NCBI GenBank assembly: GCA_900617105.1
Contig: UYFQ01000407.1
Span: forward strand, 1 to 63,920
Direction of reading: 5' to 3'
Source of the DNA: Hydrurus foetidus
Lineage: Eukaryota
Length of the DNA: 63,920 nt
Shown one piece after another: positions 37,234 through 51,230 of the stretch (its first letter is position 1; each line of letters starts with the position of its first letter). The translations under genes were made by a program, and so were the position numbers. The notes beneath the pieces were generated by a model. That model was not told the DNA's origin. It was given only the letters and a program-made list of their open reading frames with translations, and ran no database searches.

Positions 37234-38504
37234 TATGAAGTGATATGCAAAAAATGAAATTGATATGATTGGTCATATTCACTATGTATTGCCATACTGA
37301 CCGATTAATATACTGCTGTCGAGTAATAAAGATTGACACTACTAACTCTCGTACAGTAGAGTCAAATGTACATTCGATTTTTCAGTCACCGTTACGAGGA
37401 AGACGCTTTTTCTGTTAACGATCGAATTATCTATATGAAACGCTAGATAAAGATGATGTTTCGTTCATTCTCTTCATTGAATATGCTGTCAGTTGGCCAT
37501 GGGTGATGCGAGAAAAACTGATGAAAGGGAGCCTCCATGCTTTCTGACGTGACTATGCAAGAATTCTTAATTGAGATGTTAGCAGCTTATGCTAGACAAT
37601 ATTCATTTCAGCTCAGTTGTCGAGATGCTCACTTTTGATTATCTGAGAGCCGATTCACAGAACATCAATCAAAAACTGCGAAATACTAGAATTAAACTCA
37701 GACAATTTACCGTAGCTGCAGCGTGTTTTTATCAAACGATGTAATGCTGTTTAGGGATTTATTGATTACAAGCATGCACAATCTGGGATCTCTTAAGACC
37801 GTATCTTTTCACGATATCACCTTGTTAAGATTCTAAGAGAATACTCCTCATGTCCACTATTTCGATGATGCAAATAGCCCTATGCGAACGGACGTCTTCA
37901 ACGTACGTCACGTGAACACACACCACCGCGTGTCACATCCTCAACAGCAATTTTGATAGGCATCTCATAAAACCTCGCTGCACTAACAGTTCAGATTTAC
38001 AGAACACATACGCATCTGATCTGCTATAGATGCGATTGAAGGTAAGAAGTGGTGACGAGGACGCGTGTTCCGCTGTTCACCTGGATTTTGGTATTCGATA
38101 TTCGAAATTACCAGATGCTTGTACGCAGAATTTGTTGGAATTAGCTTCGCGCCTGTTGAAGTCTGAACTGCTGAGCTGCTAACCCGATTGCATAATGTTG
38201 TACGTTCCTTCTTCTAAGTGGTTTCACGTTCCAAACGCGGGACTTCGAAGAATTGAAATAGTTGAGTTATCCATAGGTAATGTAAATGAAAACAAACAAA
38301 GTACCAAAGTATCATGAGTTCCGTAATCTATTGACGCATTTGAAAGTACACAACTTCAACACGTTGTAGGGGGTGACATCACAATTCCGATGTGGTCGAA
38401 GTTTCAGCGTAGTAAGACACCGTTGCTACAATGTATAAAACGTGATGGCGGAAGCATTCAGTAATGCTGACGAAGGAAATAAATTGAAAAACAAATATCA
38501 TAAA

Positions 38505-40421
38505 TTATAACGAGAAATATTTCCAGAAACCGTATCCCAGTATCGCTCCAAAATAAAGAGTCATAATTGCTATTCTCTGCCATGGGTTCAGTCCAGAGTC
38601 TAGAATTGCGACCCAAGATCTCATGTCCCCTAAGGCCGGTCTCGGAACCCTCAGCCATGACCCGAAGAACAGGGTCATGAGCGGTAGACCGATGTAGATA
38701 TTCACCACTACTGTTGTAAAGGTTGTTGCGAGGAGTGTTAAGCCCATGTTGATGTTTCTAGCTTGAAATATTGGGATTAGAGTCCCTGAAATAGACCACA
38801 CGATGAATTGGAGAGACAGAATGGTGAGGATGGAGATCTTCCACAGTGCTGGGGGGCGACCTAACATAAGTATTGAAGATCACATTTGGTCGTTAGTGCA
38901 GAAAAGTGTCATTAGGAATGGTAAATACTAGGTCAGAATGCGTCGTAAAGGGTTTGATACATGCATCATCTGGAATTCCGTGTTGTGATGCAGTGTATAA
39001 GATGTCTTTACAAAACTAATGGTCACACTACCCTTCGTATACTTGATGTAAAAAACATGTGAATATAGGCAGTGGTCAAGATGTTAAAAGGAGAGTACAA
39101 GGTATGTGGATATGACGGTGGCAGTGCTTCGTATGTACGTACCAGGAGCGGAACCTCCGGTGGTGATGAAGAGTTCGCTGAAGGCATCGTGGATTATGCG
39201 TTCGTCTGTGAAGCGATACGAGGGAGGGGGTGGTTGGGGAGTCGATGAGATGAGATAATATCAGAAGAGGAATCCGATGTTGGTAAGCATTGTGCAGCGG
39301 CAGCAAGCAAGCAATAGAGTATAATCCGGTCCAATACTGATAAGTCGATGGGCAGTATTCACTAATGGCGACAACATAAAGGTACGAAATAATATTGATA
39401 CTTGATATAGTATCTATAATTGCTGCACAGAGCAGTGTTAACTCACAGTACCTGATATCTGCGCGACACTCGTCGCTTCTAGTAAAGGGAGAAGGTCTTT
39501 CATGAGCTGCCTTCTCTCAGGGGACGAGAGGAAGGAGTACAGGTCCTGGTAGCTCTCGAATGTGAAGGCGTTCACATATGGGTCTCCATCATGCAGGGGG
39601 AGGGTCGTGTTCTGACCCAAGAACCCGTGAAATTTTGACCTGAAAAAGAGAAATGCATGAAACGAGATTAATCGTTGTCCTGAGAACACTGAGAATTGGG
39701 TAGTGTGTCCGGGTTGACAGGAATTAGGAAGTGTTCAGAAAGAGAATACCCGTTCACGCTACACTATTCGAGTTACATTGTGACTGTGATGCTGAGCGAC
39801 ACAATAACGAATGCCTCTCTATCTTCGCATAAAAAAGGAAGAGCACTCCCTCCCTCCCTCCCTCCCTTTCTCACTGATTGACTTACATTTGGTCGAACAT
39901 GTCTTTGATCCAGTTTTCAAACTCCAGAGTTCTCTCCCACTTAACCAGATGAGTCACTACCATGGTCAGTGCTTTCTGCTCCTGTCCATCCTCTGCAGAG
40001 AACGTTCTTTCTTCGTTGCCACTCTCAAGGGCAGATAGAATGCTCATGCTGCCTGATCTGGATGCACTTTTTCTCACGTCAATGGAGTGAGACCGACCAC
40101 GGGATGGAATGGAGCTGGAAGCGTGAGTTGCCGCTGCTTCTACTTCTGCATGATCTAGTGAGGGATTGTCAAAATGAAATATCTCCCCCACCTGCCCCTC
40201 CTCCAACCCCTTTTCAGGTGCGTCTTCTGAGTGGAATGTCATCAATTCTTTTCTTTTTTTCATTGATTTCGCGTTCTCTTCACGCACAGATTGCTGTCTC
40301 TCCTTCTTAGCTCTAACAAGCTCATCCTTAATTAATCGATTCTTGTCGTGCTTTACAGGGAACGACTCTTCAATAGAATCTTTCCTCTCTTTGGACTGAC
40401 GCTTGGAACCGACATATACAC

Positions 40422-40455
<34 letters not shown>

Positions 40456-42190
40456 GCTGCTATACTGCTGCAGTTTCACTAGGGCAGGATCGACTACAGG
40501 TGCTGAATCTTCCTCCAGATCAGCTCTGATTGAGAAACTGCTATTCCATGCACCTGGCGATGACTCACGATTATCACCCAAGTTCCTCTCCGATATACCT
40601 TTGTTCTTTTTGCCATTGTGAGACACAGATGTAGGGGAGTTCCCCGCTTCGAGATCATCGTTATCGATCCTCTCATGGATCAGCTGGAGCAATTCATGAT
40701 TCACGCGCTTCAATCTGTCAACCTTACCTGGGTAATACGTGGGATAAAGAACGATTAATCACAGCCCTCTAGTTACGTGACATGTCAGCTGTGCTCGTTA
40801 ACCTTAAGAGCTGATCAGTTCAACTCACTTCATTCCATTTCTAATGTCCTCTTACCTTCTAATCGATCAAGTCTATCAATAATTTCTCTTGAGGGTTTCT
40901 CTACTGGTGCGGCAGCGAATATCTGTAGTCCTTGATCGAGAATACTGTACACAGGGGACATCTCCTCTATAGCACACCGGGGACTCTTTATCCACCTCTC
41001 CACAGCGTACAGTGACATGATAAAGGGGACCAGGGCGTAGATGATGAAGACCATCTGGTGGATGAGACCGATGAACGTCGCTGCGCTGAATGCTAGACCG
41101 TATCGCAGGAGGTCCCTGCTGCCACCCGCTAGCACATTCACTAAATTCACTCCGTACACACACAGCCAAATGACAATGAACAACTTGTACTTGGGAGGCG
41201 GTAAGGCTTGTGGCGCCTTGCTCATGAACTCATGGAGCTCCACTCTTGTTGGAGCACGAAGGAGCTTCCTAGCAGCTGAGTCAGTTGCACCACCCACATC
41301 CTACATACATTATGAAGGAGAAAAAACAGAAAAAGAATTTAAACGAGAGTCTTTTCGTGCTTCAAAAATGATAAGAAGACGAGCTATAAGATGGATTGGA
41401 AGAATCAAATGGGAGCAGCTTCAACTGAATGTAAGCGTTACGTCCTTCTGATAGTCCTCGAGGGAGTCGTAGTGTCAAACACTCCATATCATATAGTCGC
41501 GAATAAGCTGTTTCATATCCTTTTTTATTGCGAAATGGTCCAGATAGATTTGATTACCATGATGCAAAGTGAGTCCCCGTCACAGCGCTTTTGCTAATAG
41601 CTATTGGCAGAATTTAAATATAAATCATGAAAATAGCTTACTTCGGTGTCGATATTTTGAGATAGGATACCACTGTGATCTTCGATGCTCCCGACATAAA
41701 TGTTTTTCTCTCTTGCTGCATTGACCCAGTAAGCTCTCTAAGTAGTGTCCATTTAAAGGGCAGTGTTGTTATACACAGATAAACAGGAGAATTCTTTGTT
41801 TATTTATTTTGGGGTTACCTCGGGTGATATCGACCAAGATCTGAGATTCTTGATACCAATGAAATACAGGATGATAATGAATTCCAAATCGTCATCTTTA
41901 CATCTATCCATTTTTACAGGTGGAGTAATGATATGACGATGACGGAACCCCTTCCAATTCCGGATTTCATCATGGATGCCAGGCAGCCAATATGCATCCA
42001 TATATTCAAGATCCTTCATCTTAAGCAAGCATCTGAAAAAGGAACTGCACGGCTCAGTATCTTGTTCTAGCGTCTTTTGTGACTCCACATGGTATTCTTC
42101 ATCACCCGAATACTCGACAAGAGAGGTGGTTCGTTTTGGTAGAGCTACAACGGCTGTGCCTAGCTCGTTGCTCGACTTTGACTGCCTCAT
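38505..42190 (-). CDS. Multi-exon membrane protein with two tandem modules of an antibiotic-biosynthesis-monooxygenase-like domain plus a membrane domain
   Basis: Module 1: KGFRHR...PPKYKLFIVIWLCVY...WIKSPR...ILDQGL. Module 2: VVTHLVK...FENW...FHGFLG...FLSSPERR...PPALWKISILT...WLRVPR...ILDSGL. Linker contains poly-Asn. Confidence 0.65.
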
Positions 42191-42941
42191 CTAAAAGTGG
42201 TGAAACCTATATAAAATCAGAATAGAAATAGATGTTCGGTTTGGTATTTCATTTCTCCGATTCATTCCGAATAATGGCGCGCGGTATCCTCGCATTAAAT
42301 ACTTATGCCAGAAGCAGATAACGGACGATAAGTCGTAATACATCGATTATAGCTGTCATTCTCGCTACTTTTCAAGTCTTGATGTGCTGGAGATTGCACG
42401 ACCTTGAAGTTTCCGCAGGTTCCAGCAATCCGCTTTCACATTCATCAACTCGAACTCTCAACTCCCACATCCCACATCGAATCTGCAATCCCGAACCTGC
42501 CGCTGATCCAAGAAATGCGGAATACGAAAAATTGACTAAAAATAGGTATCTTTAGTGCTGTGGAAAAAATGATAAACGCTTCCCATTATATACCTTCGTG
42601 GTGCCTTCTCAGGCACTGTGTTCAGACAGACATGATATACGGTATATAATGTACTGCAATTTCTCCGAAGGTGGTCATGAAGCTGTTCACCAATGTGGAA
42701 TTCATCTCAAGATGAAGAGCCAGAGAAGATGCTGCACATTCTTCGACAGGGTGGGGTCTCACATCATCACAGTATCTTGTTTAGCCTCCCCGATATTGAA
42801 AATTTTGCTCGGTAAGGGAAAGTTCACTTTTTATCTCATTAATCATCTAAATTATGGTATGCGATGACTCTCTAGGATACGGCAGTGATGCGTAGCCATG
42901 TAATTTCTGCGAGAAAAATCAATTAATTGCACTCAACTTTA

Positions 42942-44667
42942 TCATATGAACCCAAACCGCTTGAGAGGCAGCACCCTCAGTACAGGTCGCCCAATCACGA
43001 GCTCTTCGTCCAAGCAGCCCCATTGCCTCGAGTCAAGTGATACCTCGGGGTTATCCCCTCTTACAGTGAGACATGCAGGTCCTCTTCTATCCGCTTTGAT
43101 GTTCTTCTTTCCCTGTATCTCACTGCCTTCTGGTGTCACACCTTTTCCGACCGTTTTGAACTCCCCTGAGTCCCCAAGCGCAGGATATGTGATCGTCTGC
43201 AGACGCTTAACAAGCAGAGAATTACCTCTTATAGGCCTCAAATTTCTGTAATGAAAAGGATTCCTATCCTCAACTACTGCCTTGGTGACACTAGTTGTTT
43301 CTTTAGAGACTTCTGTGCTGATACCCTGCTGAGCAGATAGGAATCCCTCCTCAAAAGCCTTTGTCTTTGCCGTGTAAGCAGCTCCCTTATTCCTCCCCTC
43401 AACACTACTGCCACTTTCTGACGTTGGGACGGGAATATTTGACTCTTCGATGTATTGAAGAAGACGAGGGGGTGCAGAAAAAAAGACGACGCCTCCTTCA
43501 CTTGCGGGGGGTATGTGAAATATGACCCTTCTAATGATAGGAGAAACTTTCTCAACAAGAATTAAGTCTCCAGGAAGTATAGTCGGTGTCATGGATCTAC
43601 TATTGACGAAACTGTAAAATTGATCGAAAGAGTAAAGCCACATGTAAGATGTCAGTACAGTAGTTTATATCATCAGCAATTCAATTAGCCAGACAAACGT
43701 TTCTCTGACTTTTGTGTCATGTCTGACCTGAAAGTGAATACTTGTGTGAGAAGCAGAGCAGCCAAGAAATAACTTAGAGCAAAGCTCAAGGTGCCCAGCA
43801 GAGTAACGGTAGTATATGCCCCCCTGGAGAATACGTAGGGCATAGAGGATAACCGCACCTGGGTGTCGATGAAGCAATTAGTGAGTTCTTAGATATTGCA
43901 GCAGAACTTCAGCGTACCTTCACAGGCCACTTCTTCTCAAGTGTCCTAATAAGTGGGTACGCTGGACGAACAGTTAACTCTATGAAATCCTCTTCTTCTT
44001 GATAAGTTTCTAGCGTTGCGCAGACGTTTTCGTTGATATCAATTATTGCACTACTGCCACCACCACCAGTCTGTATGAGCTGAGTTTTGCCGCTGAAGAA
44101 TCGCTTCAACCAGCTGTTTTCTACCTTGTTGTCACCATTCTTTATACCTCTCTTTAAAAGTCCTTGGAGCGTGGCAACATCTCGTGTAGCACCGGAGTTT
44201 CCATCATTGAGGAAGGAGATATTCAGAACTTTGTATTCAACACCTGGATAAACACCCAGACTAAATAAATAGCTGCGCAGCTTTATGAACGTCGACGTCT
44301 TGTGGACTCCGATGACTGGTACAAAAGATTCGTTGACCGAGAGGTAACAGCGAATGTCAATTAAATTATTTGGACTTTCCCAGTCTTTCGACAGCAGCAT
44401 TCGCTCCTTCAAGTTGTCAGTTCTCTCTAAATTCTGGACTGATGTATTAAGTCCCACGTATACTATTGGAGGGCTGATGTTGACACTTTCAATAGATTCA
44501 TGGCTACGAAGTTCGGTTGCGATTGTCACCCTATTGAAAAATGTTTGATGTTTTGACGGCAGTTCTACCAGCAGGCTAATGCATCGTGATCTATCTCTAA
44601 GAGACGACTTCAAATACGAGTTAACAGGAGCCTGGATTAGTAACAAGCCAAGAATCCTCGGAATCAT
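42942..44667 (-). CDS. Signal peptidase I (S26 family), likely thylakoid-processing type; multi-exon
   Basis: SRSMTPTILPGDLILVEK (catalytic Ser), LVKR (catalytic Lys), RGDNPEVSLDSRQWG, IGRP; signal peptide-like N-terminus. Confidence 0.9.
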
Positions 44668-45773
44668 TCTACTGGCTGATACCCTGCGGGCTTAGAAATG
44701 AAATCCACCAGCGCTCTAAGATATCCATGCAATTGTAGAAACAATTTACGGCAAAACTTTGCCACAGTATTTACATGCATGAATTATGAATTTTGCATCT
44801 CTCAATTCCCAAAATGGAACAGTTGAGTTGAGTTCGGAGTTCTGGTCACGTACGTACGCGTGCCATCATGGCTGAAGGAAGTTTAGGATGACGTGTGCGT
44901 GTACCAATATGCAATCTTGAATCTTCAAAACTGAGAAATTTCACCACAGAATGCCATGAAATTAACGAGTTATGGTTCTGATAGCATTCTTATCTGCAGT
45001 TCAATAGAGCACCTCCGACCATGTGCGCCAGTGGAAAATACTGATTTTATGTCAATGTGATGCTTTCTATCTACAACCTACAAAAGACGAGTTGCAACCC
45101 TCAAACAATTACCGCCGCTATTTTGCACAACAATATTAAACTTGCAGATCGCTTGTGCGGAAGGTACTGTGTGCGGCTGAATTTCGAAACTCTGCTAATT
45201 GCAACAGATATTGATCATGCCAAATCTTACCTGACCGGAGTATCGAATGCATCTTCCTGTACACGCCAAAAAACTCCACGCAATCCCATAAATAGTATTT
45301 ACCCACAGAGGTATATAAATACAGCGTTCTTCTCTAAGTACCTATCAAATCCATCCTGCTGCCCCGAGAATGTCATGTAAATAACAAATAACAAATAACC
45401 GTGATTCTGACTGCGAAATAAATTTGAATTTTGACTTCCCAAAATTTTGAAAATTTCATCAGATTATACACTGTAGGTATAGTACAGATAGTACACCAAG
45501 GGGGTAGCACCTCCACAATCCTGAAATCCTGAAGCGATGCGGCCGTCTTAACCTGGGAAAGAACCTCTTCCATCACCACTCCTCCAACAGATGAGCGCTT
45601 ACTTCATCGATTTCAGTATACTGCAGGTCATTAATGTGAGAAACTTTCATTCGAGTGTTTCGCTGTAAATGGCATACGCAACTCGGTCGGCCACCAGATT
45701 TCGACAACTGTGCTGAGTGAGGGACAACCTTCCATAATAGAAATCAAGATTTAGTTTGTCTCCCTTAGTTGAC

Positions 45774-46669
45774 ATGGACTTTTTTGCGTTTTGCCTATGT
45801 TTCCACCATCAACCAGAAGAAGAGGAGGAGGAGGACTACGGTGACGTTTGGAGAGATGCCGAGGGCGGCAGCGACTATGACCCGTACTTAGCGGACAAAA
45901 TGAGAATCGGTATTGATGCTGAAGCTGCATCAATAAAAAGGATGAAGCTCTTTGTAGGCTTGGAGGAAAATGACAGGGACATCATGCCTGTAGGACCGCA
46001 CTGGCAGCCGTTTTCCTCCAAAGATAATATTGAAGTGAAAGATGCAGTCATAGAGGGAAGCATCTGGCAAGCAGTGAAAGCTACCACTCGCGTAAAAGCT
46101 GATAGGATGAAAATTCTGGATCTCATCTTGGACGATAGTCGCATCCACGAGTACGACGAGATGTTCGATTTCAGCAAGGTACGCATTTATATTTGGGATA
46201 TTATTTGTAGTGACGTAATAACTCGTACGTGTTATCACTACAGCTGCTCCTTACTGTTAATGACCGGACTGTCATACGAAGAATGTGTTACAAGCCCGTG
46301 TGGCCAACTGCCCCGAGGGACTTTCTCTGCTGCATAACGTGGACAGATCTGGAGGATGGATCAATTTTAATTTGCTCGCGCGCCGTGCCCAACAAATTTA
46401 TGAAGACACAGGAGGAGTACGTGAGGGGTTCTGTGGACGTCACCGGTTACTGGATACAGCCATGTGATCAATTGGACAAAGACGACCCACACTACATGCC
46501 TTCGAGCACATCCCCAGGTTGCAAAGTGACATTAGCAGTGCACACCGATCTCGGGGGAACTCTGCCGACATGGATTATCAATTTGCTTATCACAGAAGCG
46601 CCGATAAAGATACTGACAAACATTGCTCGAATATTCGATGACGAAATGGCTCTAGTTGTTGGGCAATAA
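45774..46669 (+). CDS. START-domain lipid-binding protein; 2 exons (intron 46179-46243)
   Basis: R..YDEM, VWPTAPRDF, YVRG, HTDLGGTLPTWIIN motifs. Confidence 0.9.
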
Positions 46670-47350
46670 GTGGCACTTCCAGGAAGACTCTTTCTTCTGA
46701 GCCCTGTATTGTAACTTTCTTCTGAGCCCTGTATTGTGACAAAAGACTTATATTTATTCTCCTCATTATCTGAGCTAGTGGCGGCCGTCAAGTCCTTATA
46801 ATCTACACATTTTTAAGGTGGCATACGAGGGGATATCTCTTCAACCAAATCATATCCGAACGCCCTTGTCTTTTTACATTCCTGACGGATGAGTGACGTC
46901 ATCAGCACGTCCCACCAAAACACTTCTGAACAGATTGGCAAGTCACAGATTTTACCCCTTTTATTCACCCATCCCTCTACCTTACTATTTCCATCGCACT
47001 TCACTGGTATTGCCTTTTTTTGATGTAAATTGTATCGAATAAAAACGTCATGAGTCCATGGAATTGAGGGAGCGACGCCCACTATTTCAAGAGATTCTAC
47101 CTAAAATTGATATTTGGAGATATCTCACAAGATGATCAATGTGCAAAAAATTAAATGGAGTCCGCATAAAATGCGAACGAAATAGCGACAGTAATAGTGG
47201 TGAGGAAAGTGACTATTTTTTCAAATCAGCATAGACAAGCAGTGAAGCAACTATCAAAACATGAAGGAATGCACAACGCAAAAATTCCTTATTTTTCAGA
47301 TGTGACTGATCGAGTGCGACTGAGCACGTTTCTTGTCGAGCAAGATACAG

Positions 47351-48697
47351 TTAACTATTCTCTAAGATGAGTTTAATTTTCGTCATCATTTTTGTCGGTA
47401 ATCCTACAGATAGAATGTTCACAACCGCGGAAGGGAGATTTCCCTTTAGGTCTGAGTGACCTATCATTGTTACAGCACACCCTCCACCAGCTCTACTGTC
47501 AATGGGTCGAATAAGTATGCCGGATATGTTGATGTGCGCTCTGACATATCCTTTGGCAGCCGGATGAATAAATGGCGGGGGTGATATTGTGGACATCAAT
47601 ATACTGCCATCAGGGAGATGTGTGTGTGATGAACACAAAATAAAATCTCTAGGAGATGTAGGCCATATTCCTTTGTAATAATATCTCCTCACACGCACGT
47701 CATCTCCGAAGTTACCCAGATCCTATGAATGTGTGTCAAATGTAATTGAGGACGCAAAGTCAGGGAGGGCATAGGAAGAATAATGGAGTGCTCTTCTGTG
47801 ACTGGACAGTGGAATGGTGCATGCGAATCAATCATGTTGGGGCTGATTTGAAAACGTCATACTCTCCATGAAAAATGAGGGGAAATGCTTCATAGTTACC
47901 TCGTAGCCCTCCATAGAATCGTCGTATTCGGAGCTCCTGGTGTCATCCATCATCAATTTTAGTATCATTTCCTTGTCTCCGCGAATAATGCAGTCAGATT
48001 TGATAGCGAGCCATGGACTATCAGGCACATTGCATGTATGCACATTTACATCTTTCGTGGTAGCTCTTGATACCCAATTCAGTGTTAGACCTTTTTCGCG
48101 CGTTAATCCGGTAAATAATTTCATGATGCGTTGCCCCTCATTAAGCAAATCACGACCAAGCAACATTTTGTCATTTGCGTAATCACCCTCCTTTGAAAAT
48201 ACCAAAGAATACATTGTAGGGGTGCACGGAAAATCATTTGACCAATCAAAAACCTTCAACGAGTTCTCTATAAATGACTTCGAATGTTGAAGAATTTTGC
48301 CGGCGTTAATATCAGTAAACTCTTCATCTTCCATGGAACCGGTGTATAGAATGTAGTCATCATCAGGCATGTAGTAAGCTGTAGAAGTGACGCAAAATAT
48401 GCTAGACAATATCAGCCAGATTTCGGACAGAATTGAGGATGGATTAGCGTCGCGGACAACCTTCCGTGAAGATGAAGCGGCTTTTTTGCGGCCGCCGGTA
48501 CAAAACGTATCATCTAAAGTCTCCTCTCTGAAATCTCTTCCTTTCGGGGTCGATCTTGATGATTTTGCTACATCTGCTAGAAGATGACGGGGTGGGTATG
48601 GCGCGGTTCGTATTCTCGAGTGATCATTACCATCCAACTCGAGGGAACCGATGATGCCTTCATCAATTGAAGTTGTGCAATTATCTTGAGAATGCAT
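47351..48697 (-). CDS. Second START-domain protein (intron ~47724-47899; start uncertain)
   Basis: RSSEYDDSM, IWPTSPRDF, GYVRA, HSDLKGNLPSAVVN motifs. Confidence 0.88.
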
Positions 48698-49192
48698 CTA
48701 AGATGAAGTCAAATCAAGTGGATGTATGTTCGCTTCGTAGATATATTGGCTGTCAGCCACATAGCTCCGGCGAAATCTTCCCATCAGCTGTAGGATGTTG
48801 GATCAACAGCACTAATTCTGATCAGCGGGAGGTGATAGGTAAGGAGTCCAGAGTGTAAGTGATAGTGACTCTCGAAGCCCCACTGCGCAATGCGCAACAC
48901 GAACATATTGTGGTTTCACTTCTGTTTGGCAGTGGACACACACCCTACTGTTCAAGTGAGGAAGTTTCCTAACCTTGGAGGCTTTGTAGACTGTATGTGG
49001 TATACAGATTACACAGATGGGAGGAAAATTATAGCCAACATCGCGGATACTTTGCCGTAGATAAGCTTAGCCTTCGGATTGTTTGTTAAAATCCTCGCTG
49101 CGAATGGTTGGGATTGAAATCTGCGTGTACCAGCTGGAAATGAGCAGAAAATTATCTTGAATTCGATTCTATTTTAAAGCTTGACTGAGATA

Positions 49193-50962
49193 ATGGATCT
49201 GAACATTTTTTTGGGGGATGAGTTACTTCTGTGGTACTTCACGATGACAATTATCAGCACAATGTCACTGAGTTGCGGCTGGTTTTTCATAAGCTCTCTG
49301 CGCGAGATCTCGAGGCGATCAACGATACTTTGGAAACTATGCTATGCAGTCCTGGCAACTCCTACATTTGTTTGTTTCCTCCTTCATCTAGCATGGAGAT
49401 ACGGGTTGTGCGACCGATTCGTGGCTGACATCACTTCACTCGGAATTGTTGTCGGAGCTATGTCGAATATCTTTACTTTACCAACTGGAAAAGAAAGTAT
49501 TCAACTCATTGCCCATCAAATAACGGGTAAAAAGAATTCTGTCTGGTTGGATTCCAGAGAAGTTCTAGTCGGTGATGCACGGAATGCCCTCGCAGAGTCC
49601 ATGCATATCGTCCCTGCCTCTCGAGTAAACATAGAGTCGGGAAAAGGTTTCTTTCTAGAGGATTTAAATGCCCAACTCTTCCAGGTTCTGGAGGGATCAT
49701 CTATGACGGTCAACTTTTTCGGTTTTACGACAATCTCTTGTTACATCTCTATCAAAGATGAGGAGGTCGTACCGAATCCTATTGAAGAAGATAAAATGAA
49801 CCAAAGAGATAGAAGTAACACACATTTTAGGTCGTTGATAAGTAACATCAAAGGGGAAGCTCGGTATGGTCATCATTTGACACTTACAGCCAAAGTTGCC
49901 ACTGCGAACGCTGATGTAAGGGGCCTATTTGTTTCTCCCGTAGAGAAATTTGCCGCTGCGGCTCCAATTCATCAACTAGCAGTGCCCTCCATTCTGAGTT
50001 CAGCGATGTATGTGCGCCTGTTGAGTTGGAATGCTGTCAATGCTGCTGCACAGCAATCGGAACTAGGTGGCTCCGAGTATGGAGACACGAACACTATACA
50101 TTCAACTGTCAGTAACCACAGTCCTCCAGTACCGACACCCGCACTTTCACGATCAAGGGCCATAATTGATACAGCCAATCGACTGTACAAAGGCGCTCTG
50201 GAGCCATCTACTGAGTCGATCAGAAATGGTGACTTAGTGGTGATTGAATGCGATGGAAAGTAAGTTCACATTAGTGAATAGTAATCTAATTATTGGTACG
50301 CGTAATTGTATATTAATCAATCCATGAAATTCTCTGCAGATTTATGTCTGTAACGAGAGGATGGTGGATGGCATGGAGCTCCACTGCACCCAGAAGAAGC
50401 GGAGCATTTAAAATCGGTAAGAAACTTGCACAGTCAGTTGCAGTTTCTTCTTCTTGTATACTTGCAGCAGATCCGCCATTTTCTATTCATTTTTCAGTAT
50501 GTGCCTCTAATTCTACATATTTCTTCTTTCTAGAAATATTGGAAAGAAATCAGAATCAAATTGAGAACAGCATGCGGAATATTAAAGAACAATTTGAAAA
50601 TTTGGGTGAAAAATTCACTTCGAAGGCTGTATCATTTTCGATACAAAATCATCTCAAGGAGACAGACTGTCATCTCAGAACTGGGGACAGCTTTCGATTG
50701 CGCAGTGTGAAGTTCCCTGAGTATGAAATGGGCGTGACAAGTGTGAAGCTGAAGGATGAGTTCTGTTACGTTGGTCTCAGAAAGGTGAACCAAATCGACT
50801 TAAATAGGTCATATTCTTCGCGACAAAGTAACTTTAACTGCTTCTTTTGTATTTCAGATTGACAACATGGCAAACGCCAATAAATCTGGTGAGGAATGGT
50901 GCCTGCCAGTTCGATTTTCTGTAAAAGTCAGTCATTTGTCGAATAAAATGTTCAAAATTTAG
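49193..50962 (+). CDS. Unknown protein with three N-terminal TM segments; 4 probable exons
   Basis: Long ORF 49181-50263 followed by GT..AG-bounded exons at ~50340-50417, ~50534-50785 and 50858-50962. Confidence 0.6.
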
Positions 50963-51230
50963 CTGGATGGCAGCTATCACGAGATGAGGAGACGGATGTT
51001 AATGGAAATGCGCTATTATCCAAAATCATATCTGCAATCTGTCGATGCTGTAAGAAATCATCAGATCTATCTTTGATGCTGTCTTTCTGTCATATTTTAT
51101 ATTACAATCACAAGAAATGGAGTGATCAGCTCTGTTTCATTAAATTCGAATAATAAAAAGTGTACGCGAAAGTGTTCACAGCAAGTTTTTTTCAGAAAGC
51201 ACCGCCTTGTCGAATGTGCATTCCTCAGTT

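Noticed and set aside
35531..37241. TSD around the long inverted repeat (ATGAA on both sides)
   Set aside because: Only a 5/7 match and not flush with the arms.
40422..40456. (TGT)n repeat giving a poly-Leu ORF on the + strand
   Set aside because: It is the poly-Asn tract of the minus-strand gene; the + strand ORF is a shadow.
46690..46737. 25-bp-period tandem duplication
   Set aside because: Simple slippage duplication in a 3' UTR with no further structure.
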